A DNA stretch of 64,000 bases from Thermoplasmata archaeon (GTDB taxonomy: Archaea; Thermoplasmatota; E2; JACPAO01; JAHFTW01). The stretch is taken from positions 128,001 to 192,000 of the forward strand of contig JAXDQS010000010.1 in assembly GCA_034667725.1 (NCBI GenBank), in the 5' to 3' direction. Made by a program: the position numbers and the translations under genes. The notes beneath the pieces are model-generated. The model saw only the letters and a program-made list of their open reading frames with translations, made no database searches and had not been told where the DNA came from. Position 1 is the first letter of the stretch, and the number at the start of each line of letters is the position of its first letter. Positions 27,478 to 37,547 of the stretch are shown here, piece by piece.

Positions 27478-28526
27478 CCGCCACCGCGGCGGACCTGGAG
27501 CAGGTGATGCGCGACATCGAGGCGATTCCCCAGAATCCGCGGCTGGGCCGGGTGCGGCACCTGTTCCACCGCGCCCAGCGGGTGGCGGACTTCGCATCGC
27601 ACATCAAGTTCGACATGGCCCGCGCCCTGGCCCGCATCAACCCGTACCCCAAGCCGTGGCGCCACGTCACGTTCCGCAGCGAGGACGGCGTCCAGCTCGC
27701 GGCATGGCTCGGCCCGCAGCACCGCACCTCCCCGAGCCCGTGGGGCCTGGTCCTCGTGCCAGGCATGTTCGCCTCCAAGGACGACACCTTCCACAAGCGG
27801 CAGGCCATCCACATCCACCGCCACTGGCGCGTGCCCGTCATGTCGATCGACCTGCGCGCCTTCGGCGAGTCCACCGGCATCGCCACCGCCGGCTGGAAGG
27901 AGGCGCTCGACGTCCACGGCGCCGCCCGCTACCTCATGCAGGAGACCGGCGTCAAGCGCGTCGCCGTGCTGTCCGAGTCGATGGGCGGCGCCGCGGCGCT
28001 CAACGCGCTCGCGCACGACTCCCAGAGCGGCGCCAACATCCTGGGCGGCGGCGTGCTCTGCTTCAGCGCCTTCGTGGACGCCCAGGACGCGGTGCTGCAC
28101 ATCAGCGAGAAGCCGCCGCGCGGCAGCCCGTTCTCGGCGGCCTGGGCCGGCTTCCGGCGGCTGCTCCTGATCAAGTCCGGCGGCGCCTACGCCCGCTTCG
28201 ACGAATACATGGTGGACGCCGCCAAGGTCAACGGCCTCCGGAACGTCCAGGAGCTCTACGACCTGGCGAACCCGAAGTGGAAGGTGCCGATGATGCGCCA
28301 GCCCCTGCTGGTGGTCCACGCCGTCGACGACCCGGTGGTGCCCATCCGGCACGCCCGCCGCATGGAGCGGTACGCCGAAGGGATGCCGAACGTGCAGATC
28401 CTCGTCACCCCGTGGGGGGGCCACACCCAGTTCGAGCTGATGGATGCTCACTGGTACTGGGAGGTGGCCCGCCGCTGGTTCGGCGCGGTCAACGGCGTGG
28501 ACCTGCCCAACCTGGCAGACGCATGA
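27474..28526 (+). CDS. Alpha/beta-fold hydrolase
   Basis: DLRAFGES, ESMGG elbow, HAVDDPVV, GGH. Confidence 0.85.
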   Translation: MTATAADLEQVMRDIEAIPQNPRLGRVRHLFHRAQRVADFASHIKFDMARALARINPYPKPWRHVTFRSEDGVQLAAWLGPQHRTSPSPWGLVLVPGMFASKDDTFHKRQAIHIHRHWRVPVMSIDLRAFGESTGIATAGWKEALDVHGAARYLMQETGVKRVAVLSESMGGAAALNALAHDSQSGANILGGGVLCFSAFVDAQDAVLHISEKPPRGSPFSAAWAGFRRLLLIKSGGAYARFDEYMVDAAKVNGLRNVQELYDLANPKWKVPMMRQPLLVVHAVDDPVVPIRHARRMERYAEGMPNVQILVTPWGGHTQFELMDAHWYWEVARRWFGAVNGVDLPNLADA

Positions 28527-28653
28527 TCGTGCTCGTATTAGCCAAAAAGGCTTGATGGGGAGGGAGATTGGCCGGCCTTGTCCAAAGGCACCGGCTTTGC
28601 CGGTGAACCTGCAGACAGACCACCGACCAACCTTTTCCCCCTTCCCCCTCCTT

Positions 28654-29475
28654 TTAGACGTTCGGGCAAGCCCAGTTCGAGTACGCCGACGGGGCCATGG
28701 AGACGTAGGTGCCCGCGCTCTGCCAGCCCGGCTGGTTGAGCAGGCTCGGGTGCGCGTACACCGCGGACAGCGCCTTGATGTTGAGCGTGCTCACGCAGAA
28801 CACATGGGACGCGTCGTACTGGTAGCTCATGATGTCCTTCATCGGGACGCGCTTGGCGTCGAAGTCCAAGGCGTCGCCGACGTGGCCGATGCCGAGGCAG
28901 TGACCGAACTCGTGGGCCACCAGGTCGTACATCTGGCGCGAGCCGCCCAGCAGGAAGTTGGTGTTGATGGCCAGGCACATGAAGCCGCCCTGGGTGCACT
29001 GCACCTGCGCCGAGACAAAGCTCGAGCCGGGGTGCTGGTGGGTCGGGCCGGTGGCGCGGCACAGGCCGAACGGCGTCTGCAGGCCGATGCCGAACAGCAG
29101 CACCGGGTCATGCTCCGAGACCAGGACCACGATCTCCGGGTCCGTCAGCGCCTCGTTGGTCGGGACGTCCACGCCCAGCGTGTAGGTGCGCAGGTCAAGG
29201 TTCGAGGTCATCCAGGCCGGGCCGAGCGCCTGGATGCCGTTCTCCCAGCCGTCCACCGCCTTGCGGACGGTGGTGAGGTCGCTGAGCACGAAGGGGCTGG
29301 CCGACGGCACGATGAGCACATCGATCTTGTAGGTGTCCTCGTTGTACAGGATGTACTCGTGGTAGTTCTCGTCCCAGAACTCGCAGCCCGGGGCGGCGGT
29401 GCAGATTTCGCCGTCGGAGACGGGAGTCAGGGCAAGCGTCAGCAACATCGCGGCGGCTGCGGCAGCAGTTCGCAT
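28654..29475 (-). CDS. Secreted metzincin (matrixin-like) metalloprotease
   Basis: Signal peptide, HEFGHCLGIGH, Met-turn IMSY. Confidence 0.85.
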   Translation of the reverse strand: MRTAAAAAAMLLTLALTPVSDGEICTAAPGCEFWDENYHEYILYNEDTYKIDVLIVPSASPFVLSDLTTVRKAVDGWENGIQALGPAWMTSNLDLRTYTLGVDVPTNEALTDPEIVVLVSEHDPVLLFGIGLQTPFGLCRATGPTHQHPGSSFVSAQVQCTQGGFMCLAINTNFLLGGSRQMYDLVAHEFGHCLGIGHVGDALDFDAKRVPMKDIMSYQYDASHVFCVSTLNIKALSAVYAHPSLLNQPGWQSAGTYVSMAPSAYSNWACPNV

Positions 29476-29525
29476 GTGGCGCGCAACAGGAGGTCTATGG
29501 ATAGCCGTTTTGGCTGATCGGGACA

Positions 29526-31028
29526 CTAGGGGGAAACATCGGCAAATCGGGAACGCAGCGAGGCGGCGAAGGCAAGGGCGAGCAAGACGAGCGCCATGGC
29601 GGGGGCCGGGGCCTGGACGTCCACCTCTTCAAGGGAGGGGGCCGAGACGGGGTCTGGAGGGCTCTGGGGTACGAGGTGTACGTCCAGTCGGGCCATGACT
29701 GGGTCGAAGGTCCCCTCTGCTGAGGCAATCCCGGCGTACGCCGCTTGGTAGCGGAAGGGACCGAGGGCCTTGGGCTCGTCTTGCTCGTGGCCCACGGTGT
29801 TGAAAGCCACCTGGACAGACCCGCTAGGCCCCGACGTTCCGTTGAACACGATGTTTCCGTTGAGGTCGCTAATTTTGAGGTCCGCGCCCTCTGCTGGAGC
29901 ATCCCCGTCCCAGAGCCGGACCATCGCGTAAGCAATCCAGGCGACGGGGACGCCGCCATTGGGCGGGGCCGTATAGGTACCGTTCTCCCAGCCCTCGAGA
30001 CGGCCGCTGACAAGCTGGATGCCGCTGCCGCCATTGCCCAGAATGGTGGCATCCAGTACGCGCACGGTCCCCGCTTGCCCGGTGACACCATTGCCGCGGT
30101 GGCCACGGATTGTGACCCCTTCCAGGGTGACATCTGCCCCTGCCATGATGTCCAAGCCGTCCTTCCCGGCGTCCAGGCCGTCGAAGGTGACGTTACGCAA
30201 GACCAGGCGAATCGCGCCTTCGGCATGCAAGCCATGGTTGGCGTAGCCGAAGACGTGCGTGTCCGTCAAAGAGGCCGTCCCGCCGTTGAGGAACATGGCG
30301 CTCGATCCACCGCGGAGCCGCATCCGGGCTGCTTCCAGGTTGCAGGAGTTCGTCTGGATGTGGCCGCCTTGGCCTTCCAAATCTGCATCTGCCACGGCAA
30401 GGCGGCATGGGTGGGCGCCGCCGCGGCCAAAGAGCGCGATGCCTACATCGGAGATTTTGATGCTGCGCAGGGTGGTGTTGCCGTACGAGACGATACCGAA
30501 GGCCCCGGTGCCGTGAATCAATCCGTCCGTCATCTGGAGCGTGGATTCCCGGCCGGTGACGATCCCCACGACGGAGTCGCGTAGCTCGAATCCGTCGAGC
30601 ACGGCCGTGCCATTGATGCGAAGCCCGCCGCGGTCCTGGCCGGCCGCTACGGACCACCCGTCCTGCGGCCCGTCCAGTCCCTCGATGAGGCTTCGAGGCA
30701 GGCCGGAGGTCTCCATGGCGCCTTCGATTGTTATGTAGAACCGGAGAGCGGCAGGCCGGATGATTGCTGCACGGCCTCCCAGCGGGGCCATCTCGAGTCG
30801 GCCGCCTTCCTCGACGACCAAGGCTTCGCCGACCTGGAGGGTCGAGCCCGCGAGCCGGAGGGTCGCGCCCGCAGCCACGCGGACCGTGCCCGGCACAGTC
30901 TTGTCGGCTTGGCGCAGCTCGGTGTCTTGTGCGACGGTCCAGTCGCCGACGCCTTCAGCGGCGGCCGGGGCATGCGGCAGGGACGCAAGAACGAGGAGAA
31001 TGCAAATGACCGGAAGGGAAGGGCGCAT
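29526..31028 (-). CDS. Surface protein with right-handed beta-helix repeats and C-terminal anchor
   Basis: Signal peptide; GDWTV; recurring N/G-G-I strand motifs; QAPAPA + TM + RSR. Confidence 0.72.
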   Translation of the reverse strand: MRPSLPVICILLVLASLPHAPAAAEGVGDWTVAQDTELRQADKTVPGTVRVAAGATLRLAGSTLQVGEALVVEEGGRLEMAPLGGRAAIIRPAALRFYITIEGAMETSGLPRSLIEGLDGPQDGWSVAAGQDRGGLRINGTAVLDGFELRDSVVGIVTGRESTLQMTDGLIHGTGAFGIVSYGNTTLRSIKISDVGIALFGRGGAHPCRLAVADADLEGQGGHIQTNSCNLEAARMRLRGGSSAMFLNGGTASLTDTHVFGYANHGLHAEGAIRLVLRNVTFDGLDAGKDGLDIMAGADVTLEGVTIRGHRGNGVTGQAGTVRVLDATILGNGGSGIQLVSGRLEGWENGTYTAPPNGGVPVAWIAYAMVRLWDGDAPAEGADLKISDLNGNIVFNGTSGPSGSVQVAFNTVGHEQDEPKALGPFRYQAAYAGIASAEGTFDPVMARLDVHLVPQSPPDPVSAPSLEEVDVQAPAPAMALVLLALAFAASLRSRFADVSP

Positions 31029-31100
31029 TGGATTTCCATCCTTTGGAAAGCGTTGAGATGAACGGACAGGAGGAGGGGAAAAGGGGTTTGAGACAACGCC

Positions 31101-31952
31101 TCAGAGGGTGCTCGTAAGGCGCACGCCGACCGGGCCGCCACCGTTGGGGCCGTTCGGGTCGCTGGCGCCGCAGGGCTGGTCCATCTCGAGCAGCGGCACG
31201 AAATTCACATTGAGCGCCGTGGGCTGCGTCGCAGCGGACCCGACAAGCACGCCCGTCGGTGCAGGCAGCAACGGGTGCGGATTGACGGTCAGCAGGTTGG
31301 TGAGGACCAGGGCGGGCAAGTTCGGGATTGTGACGACGAGCAGCGAGTCCACCACGGAGACCACCAGGTCGGGGAACGCGGCAACGTGACCGTTGCCGCC
31401 TGCCACGCCGACATCCCAGGTCATCCAGGCGTAAGCCTCGTCGTACACGAACGACTGCTCCGCGAAGATGAAGCAGCTGAACATGCCGAGCTCGGCGAGA
31501 TAAGCCCAACCGGTCTCCGTGCAGGGTGCGGGAGAGCTGGTCAGCTCGTTGCAGAGGTCGAACTCGGTCCAGGTCTTCGCGGCGGGCTGGGCCACAGGCA
31601 GGGCCACGCCGCTCACATCACTGAGGGCGTTGCGGCCGCTGTAGCACAGGCCGCCCACACCCGGCACGTTGTAGAACTCCAGCACACCAGGGGTGCTGAG
31701 GCCAGGGTTCACGGGATCGGTGGGGCTCGTGCTCTCGCACAGCAGCAGCGCCGGGTTCGCCAGGACGAAGTCGTTGGCATTGAGGGCAAGGGGTCCGCTC
31801 ACGGGCGTGTAGGGCACCGCCGCCGGCGGGATCGCGACTCCTAGGCCCGCGGTTCCTAGGACCGGTGGAGCGACGACGATGTGGTACCCGGAGGCCGGGA
31901 GGGCAAGCATGAGGGCCGCGAGCATCGCGGCGGGAATGTAGTTCTTGTTCAT
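31101..31952 (-). CDS. Secreted Cys-containing protein, paralogue A
   Basis: Signal peptide then YHI; shares motifs with 31969-32802; GGTG RBS. Confidence 0.72.
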   Translation of the reverse strand: MNKNYIPAAMLAALMLALPASGYHIVVAPPVLGTAGLGVAIPPAAVPYTPVSGPLALNANDFVLANPALLLCESTSPTDPVNPGLSTPGVLEFYNVPGVGGLCYSGRNALSDVSGVALPVAQPAAKTWTEFDLCNELTSSPAPCTETGWAYLAELGMFSCFIFAEQSFVYDEAYAWMTWDVGVAGGNGHVAAFPDLVVSVVDSLLVVTIPNLPALVLTNLLTVNPHPLLPAPTGVLVGSAATQPTALNVNFVPLLEMDQPCGASDPNGPNGGGPVGVRLTSTL

Positions 31953-31968
31953 GGGAAATCCACCTTGT

Positions 31969-32802
31969 TCAGAGGATGCCGACCGGCCCGACAGGGGTGC
32001 CGGCGCCGCCGGGCGAGGTGCCACAAGCACCGATGATCGTGGCTCCAGCGGGCGTGTAGACCGAAGTCTCGACAGAACCTTCAGTCACGCTGGCCGCAGC
32101 CGCATCCTGGGCGTCGACGAACACGGCCACATGGCCGGTCCAGGCCTGGTAATGGTCGACAAGGATGGTGTCGACGACGCCGTTGCCAGTGTGGGCAAAG
32201 CCAGGAGCGTCGCCACCCGTGTAGCCGCCATCGCCATCGTAGTTCATGGAAGCGTACCACTCGTCGTAGACCAAGGCCTTGGCCGCCGAGACAAAGCATG
32301 AGTAAACGCCGATTTCAGCGGTGAACCCGATGTTGGTGGTCGAAGCGGGGAACACGCACGCTGCCGCGGTGCCCGGCAAGAAGGGGCCATCCACGCCGTT
32401 GCGTCCCACGGTGGTCTCGTCACAAACCTCCAACTTGGTCCAGGTGGTCCTGGGGGCCGGCGGCGGAGCAGTCTCCGACAGGCCGGTGGCATCGTTGCGG
32501 CCCGTCGTGCAGAGGCCACCCTCGCCGTTGTTGCCCATGTCGCCGGGGAAGGCGAGGCGGTCGTCCGCAGCGGAGCCGGCGGAGCCAGCGCCCCATTCGA
32601 GCTCGCAGAGGTTGAGGCAGAAGACGGTGCCAACCATGGTGGGCTCATTGATGCACGTGGCGACGTGCCAGTCAGCGGCCGTAAGGGCCGTTCCCGGCGC
32701 GGCCCCACCAGGGGTGACGCCGTCGATATGGTAGGCTGTCGAAGGCATTGCAGCCGCCAGGAAGGCGGCGGCGACAAGGCCGACAAAAGTTCGGTTGTTC
32801 AA
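31969..32802 (-). CDS. Secreted Cys-containing protein, paralogue B
   Basis: Signal peptide then YHI; GGLC..GRN, WT...C, AE.G..SCF, VYDE.YA, GHVA.F. Confidence 0.72.
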   Translation of the reverse strand: MNNRTFVGLVAAAFLAAAMPSTAYHIDGVTPGGAAPGTALTAADWHVATCINEPTMVGTVFCLNLCELEWGAGSAGSAADDRLAFPGDMGNNGEGGLCTTGRNDATGLSETAPPPAPRTTWTKLEVCDETTVGRNGVDGPFLPGTAAACVFPASTTNIGFTAEIGVYSCFVSAAKALVYDEWYASMNYDGDGGYTGGDAPGFAHTGNGVVDTILVDHYQAWTGHVAVFVDAQDAAAASVTEGSVETSVYTPAGATIIGACGTSPGGAGTPVGPVGIL

Positions 32803-32866
32803 GTGTTCACGTTTTCCAGGCCAATCAAGGCCAAGACGCAGGAACCTTGCGGACTAGTTTGGCCTT

Positions 32867-32957
32867 TTGGCTAATGCAAAGGGGATTCCAGCCAACCTAG
32901 GCCATTCCTTTGGCATCGCCCAGTGATTGCAGTTGCATTAGCCAACAAATTTATATG
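32867..32957. promoter_or_regulatory. Divergent promoter with 13-bp inverted repeat and TATA box
   Basis: TTGGCTAATGCAA (32867-32879) / TTGCATTAGCCAA (32933-32945); TTTATAT at 32950-32956. Confidence 0.65.
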
Positions 32958-32980
32958 GGGGTAAACGTACTGCGAACTCG

Positions 32981-35509
32981 GTGGTTCCCTTGGCCGCGCC
33001 TCGGTCGCTCAAAAATCGTGTTCCTTTTTTCCTCCAATGGATGGCCCTGGCGTTCCTTGTTTCGGTTACGGTTTTGGCGCTCGCGACCCCTTCGGACGCC
33101 GCTCAGGCGGCGGTCCAGGACGGGAACATCCGAATGGGGGTCATGGACGACGGCCTCCTAGGAATCCAGGAATCGCCCGCTTACTACAGCGCCTCCACCA
33201 GCCCTTTCACCCTCCTGCGCGACACCACCACCAACAATGAAGTCAACGCCAATTTTGGCGCCCGAGCCAACTCGTGGGGCGTCGCCTACGACAGCGCCAC
33301 GGCGACGCCGCGGGTCGGTTGCACCCAGAGTGGGTATGCGTTCGGCTGTTCAGGCCCCCCGTCGGTGCCTTTCAGCGGGACGAAAGCCTTGACCCCGACT
33401 GGCTCCTGCGGGGTGCCGACGGCCGCCTGCGAAGTCAAGGTCTGCAACGACTTCTTCAGCGAGCTCCGGGTGTGCCATGAGTTCCGGTCTAATCCACACC
33501 CTGATATCATCGAGGTCACGGTCACCTTGGAGAGCCTTCGGCCTGCCGTGGACGGTCCGTTGCAGGACGTCCTTTACCAGCGCGCCATGACCTTCGCGCC
33601 GGAGCCTTACACTGGCGCCTACTCGAGCAGCAGGCCCATTGTCCCTTCCCATATGATTCTGGAAGGCGTGGCGCCGCCACCTCCGGCATTGGTGTGGTCG
33701 AGCAACCAGCCGGCAAGCACTCGCCCTCCGACGGGAGGCTACGCTCCAATGGGATCCTGCGCTACAGGAACCAGCTATACTCCAGCCGAACCCAGCGGCG
33801 GCTGGTATGCTGCCCCGATCGGTCCCTGCTTCCAGGGGGCGCTGTTCGAGTTGGACTTGGGGGATATCCTCAATGGTTCGCCAGCGACGTTCCAAATGTT
33901 CTATGGTGCTTCCACTTCCTTGGCCAACGCCAGGGCAGCCGTCGGCCCGGCCGGCGTCAACGCCGACTTCTGGGCCCTCGGCATGCATTCGTCCGACCCG
34001 TCGATGGGCACCCCCAACACCTTCATCTGGGCCTTCGGCGGCCTCTCGCCGCCCACAGCCTCCTTCACGACCTCCCGTCCCAGCCCGCCGCCCGCCGCCG
34101 TCTTCGCCGCCACCACCGTCTGCCTGGGCGACGCGATGACCTTCCTGGACACCAGCCTTCCGGCCGGTTGGCCCATCACGGCCTCGACCTGGGACTTCAA
34201 CGACCCCCCCGCCCCCGATGCGTCCTCCGGTCCACGCGGCTCCGTCACGCACACGTTCAGTGCGCCTGGCACGTACACGGTCCAACAAACGGTGCTGGAC
34301 GACGGCGGCCGCACGGCGACATCCTCCCAAGCCATCACCGTCCTCGACTGCGCCGTCCCCGTGCCCGACTTCGCTGGGGAGCCGTGCGAGGGCCGCGCCG
34401 CCGCTTTCACGGACCTCACGCCCGCCGGCCCACATCCCTACGTCTCGTCGCAATGGATTTGGGGCGACAGCGGCGCCACGGTCCTGAACCCCTACGCCAC
34501 CAGCACGACCCACACTTACGCCGCGTCCGGCACCGTCGCGGTGACGCTACGGGTGACGAACGCCATTGGCATCGTCGGGGCCACCACCAAGAACATCGAG
34601 GTCTGCCCCATCGTCTGCCCAGACATTGAGCAGCCCGGCGTCGTCGTGGCCTACGAAAGCCAGCGCCTGCTGCTGCCGCTGCGCGCCACGGATCCCAACG
34701 GTCCGGTGCTGACGTTCACCATGGGGCCGCTGGCCGCGGGCACCTTCACGGCTGCGCCTGCCTCCGGGGCGGGCCCGCTCGTGGTGGACGGCATGCTCGA
34801 CTGGACGCCGAACCCCGGAACGCTCGGCACAGTCACCGTGACGTTCGCCGCCAACGACACGTTCTGCACGGTCGTGCGCGACGTCACGTTCCGCGTCGGC
34901 CTGACGCCGCTTGCCGACTCCGACTTGGATGGCGTGCGCGACGCGGCCGACAACTGTCCCGACACCGTCAACCGTGGCCAGGAGGACGTCGACATGGACG
35001 GCATCGGCGACGTGTGCGCGCCCGCGCCCGTGGCCAAGCCGCCGCCTGCGCCGCCAGCGTTCCGCAACGGCACCGCGTTCGACAGGGACGGCGACGGCAT
35101 CCTCGACCGCGCGGACGGCTGCCCCGTGGACCAAGATCCGTTGCAGGAAGACTTCGACCGCGACGGCCGCGGCGACGCGTGCGACCTCGACGCGGACGGC
35201 GACGGCGTGGCCGAGCGCGGACAGTCGGGGGCCGCCACGGTCCACTTGGACAACTGTCCGCTGCGGCCGAACCCCGACCAGACGGACGGAGACCGCGACG
35301 GCCTGGGCGACGCCTGCGACGGCCCGCAAGAGGCCCTTACCCTGTCGCCTCCCACGGAGCCGCCCGCCGTCCGGTCCTCCTCCGAAAGGTACGGGCTCTG
35401 GATGTTCGCGCTGGCGTTCCTGGCCACGATGGGCGCATTAGGCCTCGCCGTGTTCTTCCTGGAGCGCCGCAACCGCAAGCACGAGCCGCCATTAGCCAAA
35501 AACGCCTAA
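32981..35509 (+). CDS. Surface protein with PKD domains and thrombospondin type-3 Ca-binding repeats, TM-anchored
   Basis: TWDF...HTFSAPGTYTV PKD x2; DSDLDGVRDAADNCP..N..Q.D.D.DGIGDVC repeats; C-terminal TM + RRNRK; alternative start ATG 33041. Confidence 0.85.
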   Translation: MVPLAAPRSLKNRVPFFLQWMALAFLVSVTVLALATPSDAAQAAVQDGNIRMGVMDDGLLGIQESPAYYSASTSPFTLLRDTTTNNEVNANFGARANSWGVAYDSATATPRVGCTQSGYAFGCSGPPSVPFSGTKALTPTGSCGVPTAACEVKVCNDFFSELRVCHEFRSNPHPDIIEVTVTLESLRPAVDGPLQDVLYQRAMTFAPEPYTGAYSSSRPIVPSHMILEGVAPPPPALVWSSNQPASTRPPTGGYAPMGSCATGTSYTPAEPSGGWYAAPIGPCFQGALFELDLGDILNGSPATFQMFYGASTSLANARAAVGPAGVNADFWALGMHSSDPSMGTPNTFIWAFGGLSPPTASFTTSRPSPPPAAVFAATTVCLGDAMTFLDTSLPAGWPITASTWDFNDPPAPDASSGPRGSVTHTFSAPGTYTVQQTVLDDGGRTATSSQAITVLDCAVPVPDFAGEPCEGRAAAFTDLTPAGPHPYVSSQWIWGDSGATVLNPYATSTTHTYAASGTVAVTLRVTNAIGIVGATTKNIEVCPIVCPDIEQPGVVVAYESQRLLLPLRATDPNGPVLTFTMGPLAAGTFTAAPASGAGPLVVDGMLDWTPNPGTLGTVTVTFAANDTFCTVVRDVTFRVGLTPLADSDLDGVRDAADNCPDTVNRGQEDVDMDGIGDVCAPAPVAKPPPAPPAFRNGTAFDRDGDGILDRADGCPVDQDPLQEDFDRDGRGDACDLDADGDGVAERGQSGAATVHLDNCPLRPNPDQTDGDRDGLGDACDGPQEALTLSPPTEPPAVRSSSERYGLWMFALAFLATMGALGLAVFFLERRNRKHEPPLAKNA

Positions 35510-35702
35510 TAGGGACAAGCGGAAGCCGGGTCGTCGCGCCTGCTGCGACGGCTTTGCGTCCGTCGGCCCAGGCGGCGCTTTTGCGGCCGTGCCATCGCCT
35601 TGCATCGCGGGCCGTTGCGGGCGGTCGCCGCCTCCTGTCAACACAGAGTCTATGAACCCCGCCGGGCCTGCGCGCATCGCAGCCGGTGGCTGCTGTGGTT
35701 GC

Positions 35703-36119
35703 ATGCGTGGATTCCTTGTCCTTGTCCTAGCCAGCTTCTTGGTCGTTCCTGCAACGGCCTTGCCGCCGTTGACCCCGGTCTACGCCTACGGCGTGATCCA
35801 GGACAACGGCAACTTCCGCCTCGAGTGGAGCCCGCCTGCCACGGGCACCAACGGCATGACGGGCTACCGCGTCGAGCGCTACGTCGACGGCGTCCTGGAC
35901 GACGCCATCGTGGTCGCCGCCAGCGTGCACGCCTTCATCGACGACGTGGTCCCGACCGGCCTCGTCTACTACATCGTCTACTGGGCGAACGCCGAGGGCG
36001 TCTCCCCCGGCAGCAACCCCGTGGTCCGCGGCGAATACCCGCCCTGCAACTGGTTCTACGAGTCGCATGGGTTCCCTGGCTACGATCTGAAGCCGGAATG
36101 CCTCGTCCCACCGGTGTGA
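35703..36119 (+). CDS. Secreted FN3-domain protein with C-terminal Cys loop (cassette 1, gene A)
   Basis: Signal peptide; LEWSPP..GYRVER..YYIV..NAEG.S..SN; ends YPPCNWF..PGYDLKPECLVPPV. Confidence 0.78.
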   Translation: MRGFLVLVLASFLVVPATALPPLTPVYAYGVIQDNGNFRLEWSPPATGTNGMTGYRVERYVDGVLDDAIVVAASVHAFIDDVVPTGLVYYIVYWANAEGVSPGSNPVVRGEYPPCNWFYESHGFPGYDLKPECLVPPV

Positions 36120-36122
36120 TCG

Positions 36123-37547
36123 ATGCGCGCGGGTGGGCTCCTCATTGTCCTGATGCTGTTGGCCTTGGCCGCGCCTGCGACCGACGCCGCCCCGCTGGGC
36201 GACCTGCAAGCCCGCCAGATGCGCACCCTCGACCTCGCCGTGGCCGCCGGCGCCGCCAAGGCCATCGCGGTCACGGCCCCCACCGACGGCCCCGTCTCGG
36301 GGCATGACCTGCGCATCACCGCGGAGCGCATCGTGGTCGTGACCAACGAGGCCTGGAGCAACGCGACCGTCTTCGGCGCCGCGCCCAAAACGGAGACCCG
36401 CTCGGCGCCGCCGCAGGCCCACGAGGACGCCACCGTCGCCACCACCCGCGTCGGCGAGCGCTTCGACCTCACCATCATCCCCGCCGACGGCCAGGTCCGC
36501 ATCGAGTCGCTGGGCGGCACCGCCCTCCCCTCCGCCGACCCCGTCGTGGAGGGGGGCCGCCACGTCGACGACCCCGACCAGCCGCCGCTGTGGGCGACGG
36601 TCCAGGCCACCGTGGTCTGGCTGCCCAGCGGCGACGTGTCGATCCGCCTCGAAGGCGACTTCTCGCTCTCGGTCTGGGACTGGGACCTCCGCGTCTCGGG
36701 CCGCGACCTCCGCAGCGGCTTCTTCCGCGACACCACCGTCGGGAGCCTCGGCGTCAGCCTGCTGTCGCAGGACTACTCCGCCGAGCAGTTCCTTCAGGTC
36801 GAGAACGGCACCCTCGACCTCCGCGTCCCCGACGGCCGCGCCGCCCGCGCCTACCTCGCCCGCCTCGGCGTCAGCACCGACGGCGCCCTCGCGCTCTCCG
36901 GCGCCAGCGGCGACCTGCCCACCGCGGACGGCGTGCGCGCCCTCGACGGCACCATCATCCTCGAAGGCGGTGTCGCCATCGAGCTCCGGACGCTCAAGGA
37001 CAGCCTGGTCGCCGACGTGCTCCAAGCCGATTCGCTGCGCGCGGACGGCGCCGTCGTGCCGCTCGCCTTCGCCTCCGACAACGGCCCCGCCTCCCCGCTC
37101 CCCTGGCTCCTCGGCCTGCTCGGCGCCGTGCCGCTGGTCGCCGCCGCCTGGCGCTCCGTCGTCCTGACGCGCGCCCGCCGCGTCACGCTGCTGCGGATGG
37201 ACGCCGGCCGCTACGAGCTGGCGCTGCACGGCAGCCGCGGCCTGCTGCGCTCGCGCCGCCACCGCATCTTCGCCCGCACCGTGCGCACCGTCGCGCTGCT
37301 GCGCCTCGGCCGCCCCGCGGAAGCCCGCCAGCTGCTCGACGAGCGCCACTGGCAAGGCCCGCTTGCGGCCTCCCGCCTCTACCTGCTTGCCCACGCCAGC
37401 GCCCTCGAGGGCGACCGCGACGCCGCCCAGCGCCACCTGCAGGCCGGCCTCGCGCTCGACCGCGGGCTGCGCGCCGACGCCGCCACCAACCCCACCCTCC
37501 GCCCCCTGCTTGAGCGCACCCTCGCCAGCCGGGAGGGCTACACGTGA
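36123..37547 (+). CDS. Single-pass membrane protein with beta-rich ectodomain and TPR-like cytoplasmic tail (cassette 1, gene B)
   Basis: Signal peptide, GDFSLSVW, TM LPWLLGLLGAVPLVAAAW, YLLAH...DAATNPTLRPL...EGYT. Confidence 0.78.
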   Translation: MRAGGLLIVLMLLALAAPATDAAPLGDLQARQMRTLDLAVAAGAAKAIAVTAPTDGPVSGHDLRITAERIVVVTNEAWSNATVFGAAPKTETRSAPPQAHEDATVATTRVGERFDLTIIPADGQVRIESLGGTALPSADPVVEGGRHVDDPDQPPLWATVQATVVWLPSGDVSIRLEGDFSLSVWDWDLRVSGRDLRSGFFRDTTVGSLGVSLLSQDYSAEQFLQVENGTLDLRVPDGRAARAYLARLGVSTDGALALSGASGDLPTADGVRALDGTIILEGGVAIELRTLKDSLVADVLQADSLRADGAVVPLAFASDNGPASPLPWLLGLLGAVPLVAAAWRSVVLTRARRVTLLRMDAGRYELALHGSRGLLRSRRHRIFARTVRTVALLRLGRPAEARQLLDERHWQGPLAASRLYLLAHASALEGDRDAAQRHLQAGLALDRGLRADAATNPTLRPLLERTLASREGYT

